Source: a virus | Lineage: Duplodnaviria > Caudoviricetes | Virus record (IMG/VR): IMGVR_UViG_3300022666_000061 | Span: 1 to 33,126 of that record | Direction: 5' to 3' (one strand) | Length of the DNA: 33,126 bases | In this document: positions 22,408 through 31,701 of the stretch, one piece after another | Position numbering within the stretch: the stretch's first letter is position 1 | Layout: each line of letters starts with the position of its first letter | Notes under the pieces: generated by a model | Told to the model about the DNA's origin: nothing | What the model saw: the letters and a program-made list of their open reading frames with translations, nothing else | The model's database searches: none | Translations under genes and position numbers: made by a program

Positions 22408-25397
22408 TGGTTGAAACTGTAGGCGGGCTGAAAATAGATCTCGACCTGGATGCAAAAGACTTCGAGGCCAGCCTGAAAACCATCGACAAGGAAATCGACG
22501 GGCTGGAAAAGGGCCTGTCTGACATTGGCGGGAAAGGTTTCGACAAGCTGGAAAAAGAGGCTGATAACGCCGCCAAGTCCGTCAAGAAGGTAGGTGACGC
22601 CGGGAAGAAAGCAGGCGATGAGATCGCTTCCTCTGCTCAAAAGGCGATGGACGCATGGCGCAAGCAGAACGAGCAGATGGAAAAACTCGTCGGCGGGATG
22701 CGTACCCTCGGGCAGACTCTCACCGCGTCCCTGACTGTCCCAATCACCGGGCTGTTCCTGGGTGGTGCATTCGGCACTGACAAGATCCCGGAAATGGAAG
22801 CCGCCATCAACCGGTTCACCACATCATTCCAGAAATTCGGTGAGATTGCACAAAGGACATTGGTGCCGGTAATCGAGAAATTAGCCGAAATATTCGAGAG
22901 CGTGACGAACTGGTTTTCAGGCCTGTCTGGGGGGACTCAAACAATTATTCTTGCGATAGCCGGAATAGCAGCGGCTACCGGCCCGGCAATCCTCGCAGCA
23001 GCAGCGCTCATTGATACCTGGAACAAGGTGAAAGGCGCAATCGCAGCAGCACGACTCATGCAGCTGGAATTCAACGCCACGAGCATGATGAACCCGTGGA
23101 CGATCGCGCTTGTTGCCATCGTTGGAACCCTGGCGCTGCTGGAAGCCAAGAACGGCTCTGTGTCGAAGAGTTTTGCTACTCTCGAATCAGCAGGAACGAA
23201 GGCGTTCAACGCCATTGAGAAAGCAGCGGCACCACTGAAACAGAAACTTGATGATGCGTTCAGTTCTCTCTTTGGCGACAAGGTGACGGAAGTCCTGAAC
23301 AATTTCGCTTCTGGTGGATTACTCACTGGTGTCATTGGACTTCTCGGTGATACCGGCGAGGCTGCCGGTGACATGGGCTCGAAAATGGGCGATGCTTCTG
23401 GTGGCGTTGATCTGCTTTCCGGTGCCGTTGAGAAACAACAGAAACTGTTGGATGGCCTGCTGACGAAATACAACGAGGTGGATTCGGCATACGACTCTTA
23501 CATCGACGCAACTACAAATGCCGAAACAGCCGGGAACAAGAAACTGAAAGCCGATGATGCTGCCGAAAAAGCACAAAATGATCTTAAGAAAGCGTTGAAA
23601 GAATCCTCTCCAATCATCCAGAAATGGTATGATGACGTTGAGAAAGGGATAATCACCGAGACCCAAGCTGCCGCTGCAATGGACGATGTGTCAGAAGCGG
23701 CAGGCAAACAGATCCGGCATTTGTTTGACTTACGGGATGCGGCACAAGTCGCATCAGGTGAAGCAGAAAAAGCCGCAAAGAACGCAGCCACGGCTGGCGG
23801 GGAAGCAGACACCGCAAAATCAAAACTTGAGGGCGTAGCCGGTGTTCAGGACAATGGAACTGGCACTTTCCTCGGTATGGTAATCAGCAAGCTTCAGCAG
23901 ATCCAAACAGAAGCAAATACGGCAACATCACGTTTAAACGAACTATCGAGCATCCAGGCATTGTATCAGCCGATCCAATCGCCAATTCCTGGTGTGTACT
24001 ACCAGACTGACCAGAACATCATTAACATGAATCAGTCGATGCAGGGGTATAATACCGGGACTGTTTCGAATCCACAGAGAGCGGGAACCGCCAGCACTAC
24101 CCAATACCTGGCGCAATCGGCACCACCGGACGCAACCACTGTCGGAGTCACCCTGGACTCGCCGTTTGCTCAATCTGGCAGAAGAGACTCTGCGGGGCCT
24201 TCTCTCAATATTGACATTTCCGGATCGAATGTCTGGAAATCCAGCGAGTCGGTAGGCAAGAAAGCCGCCGAGTCAATGAACAAGGCGATAAACGGGACGC
24301 AATCAGACGTCGGGCGCTGGGTGACAACCGGGTTCAGACAGTCCGAATCAGCCGGTATTGTCGCCGCACAGACAACCGCGAGCAAAATAGCGTCAACGTG
24401 GAACAGCGCTCTCTCTACGCTCAAAGTCCCGGCGTTCTCGTTCAGCAAGACAACAGAATCCGTCAGCAGCGGGACGAACCCATACGCCGGAATGCCTGTC
24501 TATTACGGCGGGCAGGGCTGGCAATCGTCACAGGGAACCACAATCAACTACGGTGACGGCTGCGTTGTAGGCGGCGGTGGGGGTAGCAGTATCACGACTT
24601 CTCTGCCGACAGGGACGAACAACGACCCGGTATCCTGCGTATTAGTCAACCCAGGCTCAACCAACTCTCAAAACTTCAACGCTTCACTCTGGTGCGATCC
24701 GGAGTTCATAACCTGGCTTGACAACAGTTTTCAGCAGGACATGGCGAACGTTCAAGCCGGTGCAATTTCAGCGGGATACCTGAAAGGCTCACAGGTTGCC
24801 ATGACACAGGGCGCGGCAACAACTGTCAGTGCAGCCACCTATTCAGCGACAGGTGAGGTTGTAGCTGCAACACCACAGCCAGCAGCCGTGAAAACGTCCA
24901 TTCTGTCAGATCCGAGCATTGTGACCGAGGTAGCAATGCGGCAGGTCAATGCTGGGAATGTGCAGGCTACCACCACCAGAACGACAACCGGCGCTGTCAA
25001 AGACTTCGGGACGAGTGTCGCAGAAACAGCCTCGAATCTCTCAACGCACGTTTCGGATATAATCTCGAACTGGCAGACGCAGGCTGCGACGTTCAACAAC
25101 AATATGTCCTCGTACTGGGGCGGGATCATGAGCGCTTTCGGCATTTCAGTATCAGGTGGTGGCGGTGGAGGCGGTTCTTCAGGTGGGTATTCTGTCGGCG
25201 GTTCTTCAAGCGGTGGGATCTCGGTAAGCAATCCAATCACACCGGGTTTCAAGTCGCTTGTCGGCAGCCCCGTCAGCATAATCCAAAACGTCAACATGCA
25301 GAACAGCAGCTTCACTCCTAACTTCACACCGCGAGACGTGATGAACCAGGTGGCGGCTGACCGCAATTTGGCGCTCACAAAACTGGGATACAGGTGA
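22407..25397 (+). CDS. Tape measure protein
   Basis: 'TVGGLKIDLDLDAKDF', 'GQTLTASLTVPI', 'MNPWTIALVAI'; 996 aa, Ala-rich. Confidence 0.92.
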   Translation: MVETVGGLKIDLDLDAKDFEASLKTIDKEIDGLEKGLSDIGGKGFDKLEKEADNAAKSVKKVGDAGKKAGDEIASSAQKAMDAWRKQNEQMEKLVGGMRTLGQTLTASLTVPITGLFLGGAFGTDKIPEMEAAINRFTTSFQKFGEIAQRTLVPVIEKLAEIFESVTNWFSGLSGGTQTIILAIAGIAAATGPAILAAAALIDTWNKVKGAIAAARLMQLEFNATSMMNPWTIALVAIVGTLALLEAKNGSVSKSFATLESAGTKAFNAIEKAAAPLKQKLDDAFSSLFGDKVTEVLNNFASGGLLTGVIGLLGDTGEAAGDMGSKMGDASGGVDLLSGAVEKQQKLLDGLLTKYNEVDSAYDSYIDATTNAETAGNKKLKADDAAEKAQNDLKKALKESSPIIQKWYDDVEKGIITETQAAAAMDDVSEAAGKQIRHLFDLRDAAQVASGEAEKAAKNAATAGGEADTAKSKLEGVAGVQDNGTGTFLGMVISKLQQIQTEANTATSRLNELSSIQALYQPIQSPIPGVYYQTDQNIINMNQSMQGYNTGTVSNPQRAGTASTTQYLAQSAPPDATTVGVTLDSPFAQSGRRDSAGPSLNIDISGSNVWKSSESVGKKAAESMNKAINGTQSDVGRWVTTGFRQSESAGIVAAQTTASKIASTWNSALSTLKVPAFSFSKTTESVSSGTNPYAGMPVYYGGQGWQSSQGTTINYGDGCVVGGGGGSSITTSLPTGTNNDPVSCVLVNPGSTNSQNFNASLWCDPEFITWLDNSFQQDMANVQAGAISAGYLKGSQVAMTQGAATTVSAATYSATGEVVAATPQPAAVKTSILSDPSIVTEVAMRQVNAGNVQATTTRTTTGAVKDFGTSVAETASNLSTHVSDIISNWQTQAATFNNNMSSYWGGIMSAFGISVSGGGGGGGSSGGYSVGGSSSGGISVSNPITPGFKSLVGSPVSIIQNVNMQNSSFTPNFTPRDVMNQVAADRNLALTKLGYR

Positions 25398-25403
25398 TCA
25401 CAA

Positions 25404-25784
25404 TTGACTGACATAACAGCAACCGGGGTGCTCACGACTGCGGGGAAAGCCCTGCTTGCTCAGATTATTGCAGGGACGAGCACCGACTTACCCACGAAAA
25501 TGCAGCTTGGCAGCGGTTCAACCCCTGCAAATGCGTCCGACACGAATCTGGTGACGCCTCACGCAACAACGCTCTTGGCGGCGACTGTTTCGGTTATCAA
25601 CTCGACCACGATTCAGTGGTATAAACAGTACACGGTTTCGACAACCACGACCGTCCGGGAAATCGGGATCAAGAATACCGCCGGGACGCTTGTTATGCGG
25701 GCGGTGCTTGACGCTGACCTCAGTATGGGTGAAGGCGAAATCTATAACTACTACATCCAGTGCCCGACACAGGCAGGAACTTGA
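25404..25784 (+). CDS. Tail-collar/fibre-associated protein (DUF3751-like)
   Basis: 'LTTAGKALLAQ...MQLGSG...SDTNL...VREIGI...GTLVMRAV'; AGGTGAT RBS before TTG. Confidence 0.7.
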   Translation: MTDITATGVLTTAGKALLAQIIAGTSTDLPTKMQLGSGSTPANASDTNLVTPHATTLLAATVSVINSTTIQWYKQYTVSTTTTVREIGIKNTAGTLVMRAVLDADLSMGEGEIYNYYIQCPTQAGT

Positions 25785-25786
25785 AA

Positions 25787-26563
25787 ATGGCTGATACTAC
25801 TACAGGAATCACGGACCAGACTGACCAGAGCGTTGACCTGTTCCGGTCAATCGAGCGGACGGTCAACGGTGAAGACGTCCTGATCCAGGGCGTGACGAAT
25901 TACAGCGCCGGAATACTGCGGCGAGTCGTTCTGGCAGCCCAGGCTTTCGGTGGGACCAACGGGGCAACAATCACGCTGCCCTCGTCCTGGACAGCGAAGA
26001 AAGACGAACAGACCGGCACGACTACCGCAGCGACGCAGCAATACGTCCTATTACGGCGTCCACAGCCGTCTGACAACGAAGGCGCTGTGGCTGTTGTCGA
26101 GGGTTCAGTTGCCAGCGGGACAACGATCCTTGACCGGGCGCGGTTCTTCTCAACCGAGGATTTCTTGGAACCTGTGACGATTTACGGCCCGGTGAAATTC
26201 TGGGCAAATGTCAATGTCAAATCGTCCAGCACTACTGCCTGCACTCTCACCGGCGTCACGTTCAGGCTTCGGACTCTGACGGGAACTGACACCTACGGAG
26301 ACGTGACAGCAGCGACTACCAAAACGCTTGCAGCGGCAATCTCGAACGCTACTACTGCATATGTCACAGCGTCAGCCAAGACCGTCTACGTCACTGCTGA
26401 CGTTGCAACCCCGCTGGTCCTCGCTGCCGGTCAGAGGCTTGTTCTTGAGGTCACCCTGCTCGGGACCGTGGGCGCGGGTATGACAGCCACCGCCTGCATC
26501 AACTGTGCGGCAGGCTCAGCTCAGACAGGCTGTGAATTCGGCGTTGAAGAGGTGAACTTCTGA
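25787..26563 (+). CDS. Putative tail/virion protein
   Basis: T/A-rich beta protein in the tail module. Confidence 0.65.
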   Translation: MADTTTGITDQTDQSVDLFRSIERTVNGEDVLIQGVTNYSAGILRRVVLAAQAFGGTNGATITLPSSWTAKKDEQTGTTTAATQQYVLLRRPQPSDNEGAVAVVEGSVASGTTILDRARFFSTEDFLEPVTIYGPVKFWANVNVKSSSTTACTLTGVTFRLRTLTGTDTYGDVTAATTKTLAAAISNATTAYVTASAKTVYVTADVATPLVLAAGQRLVLEVTLLGTVGAGMTATACINCAAGSAQTGCEFGVEEVNF

Positions 26564-26853
26564 TGGTGGAATACCCAATAGACGTCATCTCTTCGCGGGT
26601 AGAGGGAAACGAAATCGTCGAGATCATCATCGAGCACAAGCCTGGTGTTGACGAGACGAAAGAGCGCCGGTACCCAAAACCTGCTGATCCCGAACCAGCA
26701 CCAGAACAGCCGACCAATTCAGAAATACTCGCCAAACTACTCGAACTGGAAACGAAACTCGACGCTGTGAAAACGTCCACAACTACGATTGCTGCTGACG
26801 TTGTAGCTGTGAAACAAGCGTCCGTAATCGGAACTGTTGAAAAGGCTGCGTGA
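26563..26853 (+). CDS. Hypothetical protein, coiled coil
   Basis: GAGGTGA RBS; coupled start. Confidence 0.65.
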   Translation: MVEYPIDVISSRVEGNEIVEIIIEHKPGVDETKERRYPKPADPEPAPEQPTNSEILAKLLELETKLDAVKTSTTTIAADVVAVKQASVIGTVEKAA

Positions 26854-26859
26854 TCTGCT

Positions 26860-27798
26860 GTGATTCGCCGTTCACGTCAGTTGTATGCCGATCCCGTGAC
26901 GGACTACATGACTGGCTACGTGGATCACCGTATAGAGGGCGCTGCGTCATACCAGACTAATTATATCCGGCGTTTTAGGGTATATAGAGGATACGGCGCA
27001 AATAGTTCTGGATCATGCTATATTCCCCCATCAGAAATGAGATCAGATTATTCAGATATACGATTTATTGGGCATGATGGGGCGGCATTAGCATATTGCA
27101 TTGATCCGGATTCTCCAGGAACGAACTATGCCGATTTCTGGGTGAAATTTCCGTATATACCAACGACTGGGACAATACTCAAAATTGTGTTTGGTGGCGG
27201 GGCTATCGCGTCAGGATCAAACGGAAAAACCACTTTTCCGGTATATGCTGATTTCAACACCGATTCTGCAATGGACACTACAGTATGGACTCATATCGCA
27301 ACCGGGACTGCTCCAGCGTTTTCTGGTGGAATTGTAGATATTTCAAATTCTGATTCGTGGTGTAGCACGATAAAATTGCCATATACTGGAATTTCTATGG
27401 AGGCAAGATTCAGATTTGACACAGACTCAACGAACGGCTCGTATTATTGCGGGTTGTCAAATGATGCAACTTCGGACTGGGCGTTGTGCCAATGTGCGGC
27501 CTCCAAGAAATTCTCGAACAAACGATCTGGATCTGCAACAGAACTTACGAGGACTACAGATGTGTCATCACTATCAAGGATGAAAATCTGTGTAGATTCA
27601 AGTTCAGCCTCATACTATATGTCAGATTCGGATTCTGCTGAAGCTTTCAGTGCTACAAACTCCCCACAGGGCAGTATGGGGATATTTATTGGCGCCTACA
27701 ACAGTGGTCGCCATACCTATGTAGATTGGTGTTTCTTGAGACCGTGGGTAAATCCAGAACCGTCTCACGGCTGGTGGGGCAGCCTGGAGGACTTATAG
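26860..27798 (+). CDS. DUF2341-domain protein with lectin-like C-domain (putative adhesin)
   Basis: 'MRSDYSDIRF...LAYCID...ADFWVKFP.IP...KIVFG'; C-terminal 'YVDWCFLRPW..PEPS...WG'. Confidence 0.82.
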   Translation: MIRRSRQLYADPVTDYMTGYVDHRIEGAASYQTNYIRRFRVYRGYGANSSGSCYIPPSEMRSDYSDIRFIGHDGAALAYCIDPDSPGTNYADFWVKFPYIPTTGTILKIVFGGGAIASGSNGKTTFPVYADFNTDSAMDTTVWTHIATGTAPAFSGGIVDISNSDSWCSTIKLPYTGISMEARFRFDTDSTNGSYYCGLSNDATSDWALCQCAASKKFSNKRSGSATELTRTTDVSSLSRMKICVDSSSASYYMSDSDSAEAFSATNSPQGSMGIFIGAYNSGRHTYVDWCFLRPWVNPEPSHGWWGSLEDL

Positions 27799-28245
27799 AT
27801 GACAATAGTCCTCTTTGGCGTTGCACCTCTTCCAACAACTAACACGACTGTCACGTGCCCTATCGCGTTCGGGCCGTGGGCGGTCACCGAAGAGACTGAA
27901 TCGGCGCAGGGCGGTGTAAGTTTCGACGGGATCACGCTGTATATCAAGAGCGAGAATCCACCGGAATTGGATTGGAATATCCGGCTAACTGAAACAGAAC
28001 TGCACGACGGCAGGATATCGATCCAGAGCAGCACATATACCGCTTTTCATGTGGTTTGCGAGTGCCTGACGAACGACTACCAGGACATCCGGGATCTCCG
28101 TGACAGAGTAGGACTACCGAAAACGATGTTGTATAATGGTGTGATTAGAGAGAACTGCTATATTTCGCGGTTTGATTCGTTCAAGCAGATTAAACCCGGG
28201 CTCTGGCAATTCACTGTCGGGTTCAGCCAGGATACGGCAGCATGA
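27799..28245 (+). CDS. Putative distal-tail-like protein
   Basis: Size and position before the hub; ends 'WQFTVGFSQ'. Confidence 0.5.
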   Translation: MTIVLFGVAPLPTTNTTVTCPIAFGPWAVTEETESAQGGVSFDGITLYIKSENPPELDWNIRLTETELHDGRISIQSSTYTAFHVVCECLTNDYQDIRDLRDRVGLPKTMLYNGVIRENCYISRFDSFKQIKPGLWQFTVGFSQDTAA

Positions 28246-29639
28246 CGTACGCACCGCTTTCCTTGGAGGATTACCTCTATGAGTCGGCTACTCATGCCCG
28301 CTCGATCACTGACGCTATGGGATCAACAACCGTTGTGATTGACAAAACGACAACGCCGGACTATTTTGTACCGATCCAGTCAATCAAGGCTGACGATGAC
28401 GGCGTTAATCGCTGCTTATTCCTCGGTATAATCCCCAACAAGCAGTCAGTTTATGCGGCGGCTGCTGACAAGGTGACGCTCCAGGCTTTTACCTACGAGT
28501 GGTTCCTCTCGCGGCAATACCTCGAAACGACAGAGTATCAGTCCTGGGTAGCCTATTCGAACAACCTGATCACCAGTTACGAGAACCCGACGAACATAGT
28601 CAAGAAGTTGTTGTTTGGGTGGACGCAGGTAGCAGCGACAGGAGTCCTCACACCTGACTATGATGACAGGAAGTGCGGGATCTATCACACTGTTTCCGGC
28701 GGCGGGACAATAGATGAGGTGTCTAATTGGGGCCTCCACACCGGCGACACAGGATACGACGCGACAAAGCCGACTGTCGAGAAGAAACAATTCGTTTTCG
28801 ATCCGCAACAGACGAAACTCCAGGCTATCGAGGAAGTGGCCAAATACTGCAATATGGTGTTCATGGTCAAGCCAGTCCTGATTTCCGGCGTCTGGTATCC
28901 TGAATTTTTCTGGGTGCATGAGAATGACGTTGACACCAAACTCAATCTGCCAGCCACAGCTTATATCACGGCTCACTCGAGCGACGATACCGTTGAGTCA
29001 GGCCGGGAAGTGATTGCCGATCAGTCGGAAATGTACAACAGGGTCAGAGTCACGCTCGGCAACAAGTATACCGGGATCAATACCTCGACCTCTCTCTACT
29101 ATTACGGCACTGCTGAAACGGCTGCTGTTACAGCCGGGACCGTCCCGGCAATTGAATACCAGATCGAACTGGCTGATATCATCCAATCGACTGATACCAC
29201 CGACACGCTCTGTCAGGCGAAGGCTGACGCCAAAGCCGCCGAACTGCTGGATCTGTTCGAGAACGAGAACACTACTTACAGGTTCTCGATGAAGAAACGG
29301 TTTGATCTCGAGGTATACCAGAAAGTCAGGTTCACCGGGTTCGATGGTGTCCCCGATGACGAGGACCTGCGGATCATCGCAATCGAGCACAGTATTCAAG
29401 GACTGAAAGGCTACACGACGATAACCTGCACACACGATCAGCGGTGGGCCCTCTCACGATCACTCACACGACTGCTCGGGCAGGACATTCAGCGCGAGGC
29501 ACAGATCACGAAAACCAACGTCCTGATTGATATTGCCTCGATTGAACGGGCGACATGCACGACAATAGGCACAGGGAAAGGAATAGCGAAATTGGCCAGC
29601 GGTGAAGGGTATTGCTATTTCGAACCATTGAACCAGTGA
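28242..29639 (+). CDS. Putative baseplate hub / tail-tip protein
   Basis: 'TKLQAIEEVAKYC', 'MYNRVRV', 'LRIIAIEHS...TTITC' resemble hub-fold proteins. Confidence 0.65.
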   Translation: MTYAPLSLEDYLYESATHARSITDAMGSTTVVIDKTTTPDYFVPIQSIKADDDGVNRCLFLGIIPNKQSVYAAAADKVTLQAFTYEWFLSRQYLETTEYQSWVAYSNNLITSYENPTNIVKKLLFGWTQVAATGVLTPDYDDRKCGIYHTVSGGGTIDEVSNWGLHTGDTGYDATKPTVEKKQFVFDPQQTKLQAIEEVAKYCNMVFMVKPVLISGVWYPEFFWVHENDVDTKLNLPATAYITAHSSDDTVESGREVIADQSEMYNRVRVTLGNKYTGINTSTSLYYYGTAETAAVTAGTVPAIEYQIELADIIQSTDTTDTLCQAKADAKAAELLDLFENENTTYRFSMKKRFDLEVYQKVRFTGFDGVPDDEDLRIIAIEHSIQGLKGYTTITCTHDQRWALSRSLTRLLGQDIQREAQITKTNVLIDIASIERATCTTIGTGKGIAKLASGEGYCYFEPLNQ

Positions 29640-29645
29640 GGGATT

Positions 29646-30311
29646 ATGCCGGGACCAGGTGATGATGTCTTAATATTGCCGACGGGGAGGATCAAGGGCC
29701 ACGCCTCGGCTATAATGTCAAAGACGATTACCGCTGGTGACGATATTCTGATCTTCACTGCGAGGGATGGAAAGAAGTATGGATACAAACCCGCACAGAT
29801 ATTCCCGGGCGATTCGTTGTTAGTCTGTCCTGTCAAGGGCGACAAGCGGCAGGTGGTAGGACTCACTGATTACCCGGACTTCATGGGCAACGCTACCTGG
29901 ACATCCTGGAGCACGAATGCCGGGTGGGCTCCTGTAACTACCACGGCAAACGGTTGCACCTGCTATTGCGCTGTGTACGGGCCGGAACGGTATCACTCAG
30001 GAGCTACCATTTCAATTCCGATCCGCGCCTACTGCAACCGGCAGATGTTCACCTATTACGTTCAGTCTTCACAGTGGACGGCAGGAAACCCACCTCAGCT
30101 CATGGGGTATGGTGTCGGCTCGTCGAGTGTCACTGGTGCCCTGAACGGAGATCAGATGGGTGCGTCAGGGACATGGTATGGGTACACAGAGTACCAGAAG
30201 GGCTCCACTCTCCAGATCTCATTCCAGATGACTGCTGAGTGCGGGGGCAGCATCACTCCGGGCGAAAAAGTCCCGATGGTGATCTCCAATGTCTACGTCT
30301 GGCGGGCTTGA
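29646..30311 (+). CDS. Putative tail-tip / receptor-binding protein
   Basis: Last late gene; three N-terminal 'xGD(D/S)xL' repeats followed by a beta-rich aromatic domain. Confidence 0.55.
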   Translation: MPGPGDDVLILPTGRIKGHASAIMSKTITAGDDILIFTARDGKKYGYKPAQIFPGDSLLVCPVKGDKRQVVGLTDYPDFMGNATWTSWSTNAGWAPVTTTANGCTCYCAVYGPERYHSGATISIPIRAYCNRQMFTYYVQSSQWTAGNPPQLMGYGVGSSSVTGALNGDQMGASGTWYGYTEYQKGSTLQISFQMTAECGGSITPGEKVPMVISNVYVWRA

Positions 30312-30396
30312 TGCGAGGGATGGGATTCGAACCCAAGAACTCCTGCGAGATAAGGCCCTAAACCTGACGCCGTTGGCCTGGCTTGGCTACCCTCGC
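30312..30396 (-). tRNA. tRNA-Leu (anticodon TAG), archaeal type, no intron, no encoded CCA
   Basis: Reverse complement: GCGAGGG TA GCCAAGCCAGGCCAACGGC G TCAGG TT TAG GG CCTTA TCTCGCAGGAGTTC TTGGG TTCGAAT CCCAT CCCTCGC A; long variable arm; one mismatch in the anticodon stem and one in the T stem. Confidence 0.93.
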
Positions 30397-30445
30397 ACAA
30401 TTTTTCCAATTGCTCGGTATAGCGCCTGGATCTGGTGCTCAACCC

Positions 30446-30538
30446 TCAATATTGGCCCTTTTTCACCAATTCGTCTATTCTGGCCCGAATCTCTTCTGAT
30501 ACCCTGACGTTCAGATATTCGTCTTTTGGTCCTGACAT
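30446..30538 (-). pseudogene. Truncated ribbon-helix-helix regulator (30 aa)
   Basis: MSGPKDEYLNVRVSEEIRARIDELVKKGQY* has the ribbon and helix A only; GGAGGGAG RBS upstream. Confidence 0.65.
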
Positions 30539-30554
30539 ACCCTGCTCCCTCCAT

Positions 30555-30653
30555 GATAATGTGGTAATATTTTGTCCCACGTAATAAATGTTCACGTAAA
30601 ATAATCTTGGATAAAGTTTATATTGTAATACGCTATGGTATTATGCGGTAACT
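30555..30653. promoter_or_regulatory. Divergent promoter/operator region
   Basis: AAAGTTTATAT TATA-like box (~30613-30623); inverted repeat TAATAC-N6-GTATTA (30626-30643); CACGTAA x2 (30578, 30593). Confidence 0.7.
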
Positions 30654-30833
30654 ATGGCAGAAGAGAATACGGGGAAGTTCTTGAGTGTCCGGGTAACTGG
30701 CCGGGAGCAAGTAATCCTCGATGAAATGGTGCGCCGGGACTTCTGCGAGAACACGTCCCAGGCGGTTCGTGCGGCTCTGCGTGAGTTTGCCCGCAATCAT
30801 GAGATTGAGATACCGGAGGCTATCCCAGCATGA
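30654..30833 (+). CDS. Ribbon-helix-helix regulator (59 aa, not in ORF track)
   Basis: 'KFLSVRVTGREQVILDEMVRRDFCENTSQAVRAALREFA' is a complete RHH pattern. Confidence 0.8.
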   Translation: MAEENTGKFLSVRVTGREQVILDEMVRRDFCENTSQAVRAALREFARNHEIEIPEAIPA

Positions 30834-30973
30834 CCGAAGCAGTCACGCTGATGACACCTGACCAGGCAGACGCACTGCGCAAGCGGCTGACGCCTGATTA
30901 CGTCGAGGCGGCAATTGCCACGGGCAAGTACCGAATTCTGAACACTGAAACAGAGGTTGAGAAAAATGAGTGA
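30830..30973 (+). CDS. Hypothetical protein (47 aa)
   Basis: ATGA overlap; GGAGG RBS. Confidence 0.6.
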   Translation: MTEAVTLMTPDQADALRKRLTPDYVEAAIATGKYRILNTETEVEKNE

Positions 30974-31313
30974 AACTGAAAAGGCCAGGGTCCCCGAAGC
31001 TTGCAGGCATGAGGAACCAAAGGCCGATATTATAGTTGGACTGCCAGAGGAAAAAACCATATCGCCGGTGATCGATGGCGAGACAGGGAATTATCTGCCG
31101 TTCGGTGAGCGCAAGCACATGGACGACTGGCTCGATCTGCAGGCAGCACTGCGACGGATCGGGCACCTCGACATCAAAATGTCCTGCCTTGAAGACGCGA
31201 TCGATCGCCAGCTCGAACAGTTCTCAAAGAGCCTGTATCCTGAATACAATGAGGGCTACAAGGCGGGGCTGCTGTTTGCCAAGGCCATGATCCAGGCGGT
31301 GAACAGGGAATGA
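30966..31313 (+). CDS. Hypothetical protein
   Basis: GAGGTTGA RBS; coupled stop. Confidence 0.7.
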   Translation: MSETEKARVPEACRHEEPKADIIVGLPEEKTISPVIDGETGNYLPFGERKHMDDWLDLQAALRRIGHLDIKMSCLEDAIDRQLEQFSKSLYPEYNEGYKAGLLFAKAMIQAVNRE

Positions 31314-31534
31314 GCCTCGACTCGGTAGAAGTCCTCTGTCCGAACTGCAACTTTTCAATGATCAACGGTGGCGGGGATTACTTCACCTGCGAGTGCGGGG
31401 AAGCGGTGGCGTTCGAGCGGGTTTGTGAATCGTGCGGGGCGGTTGACTCACTGATCGATGTGTCAGGCCACCCCCGGACAGACTACGAGAAGCGGCTCTG
31501 CTGTGAGTCGTGCGGGGCGGTGTTCGACGAATGA
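31310..31534 (+). CDS. Zn-ribbon protein
   Basis: CPNC, CECG, CESC and CESC motifs. Confidence 0.7.
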   Translation: MSLDSVEVLCPNCNFSMINGGGDYFTCECGEAVAFERVCESCGAVDSLIDVSGHPRTDYEKRLCCESCGAVFDE

Positions 31535-31701
31535 CAGGACGCATGAAAGAGCGGGCAATCAACGCTCTCAATGGCTATGCTGACCAGAAGAGCATGGTGA
31601 GAGTCGAGGTTGAACTCGAAGACATACCCTGCTCTTCCTGCTCTGCAAGCGGCTTGAACAGGTGCAGCCGGTTGTGCGAGGAAAAGAGGTGTACGAAATG
31701 A
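31531..31701 (+). CDS. Small Cys-containing protein
   Basis: Coupled on both sides. Confidence 0.55.
   Translation: MTGRMKERAINALNGYADQKSMVRVEVELEDIPCSSCSASGLNRCSRLCEEKRCTK

Noticed and set aside
16826-25435. Long minus-strand ORFs (e.g. 16826-17443, 22937-23473, 24839-25435)
   Set aside because: Antisense shadows of Ala/Thr/Gly-rich structural genes, with no motifs or RBS.
25404-25784. Contractile (myovirus) tail suggested by the DUF3751-like gene
   Set aside because: No sheath or baseplate wedge gene seen; neck, tube, G/GT chaperone and TMP order is siphovirus-like.
26860-30311. Diversity-generating retroelement targeting tail adhesins
   Set aside because: No reverse transcriptase and no template/variable repeat pair seen.
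30289-30507. 72-aa + strand ORF over the tRNA
   Set aside because: It is the antisense translation of the tRNA ('RDGIRTQELLRDKALNLTPLAWLGYPR').
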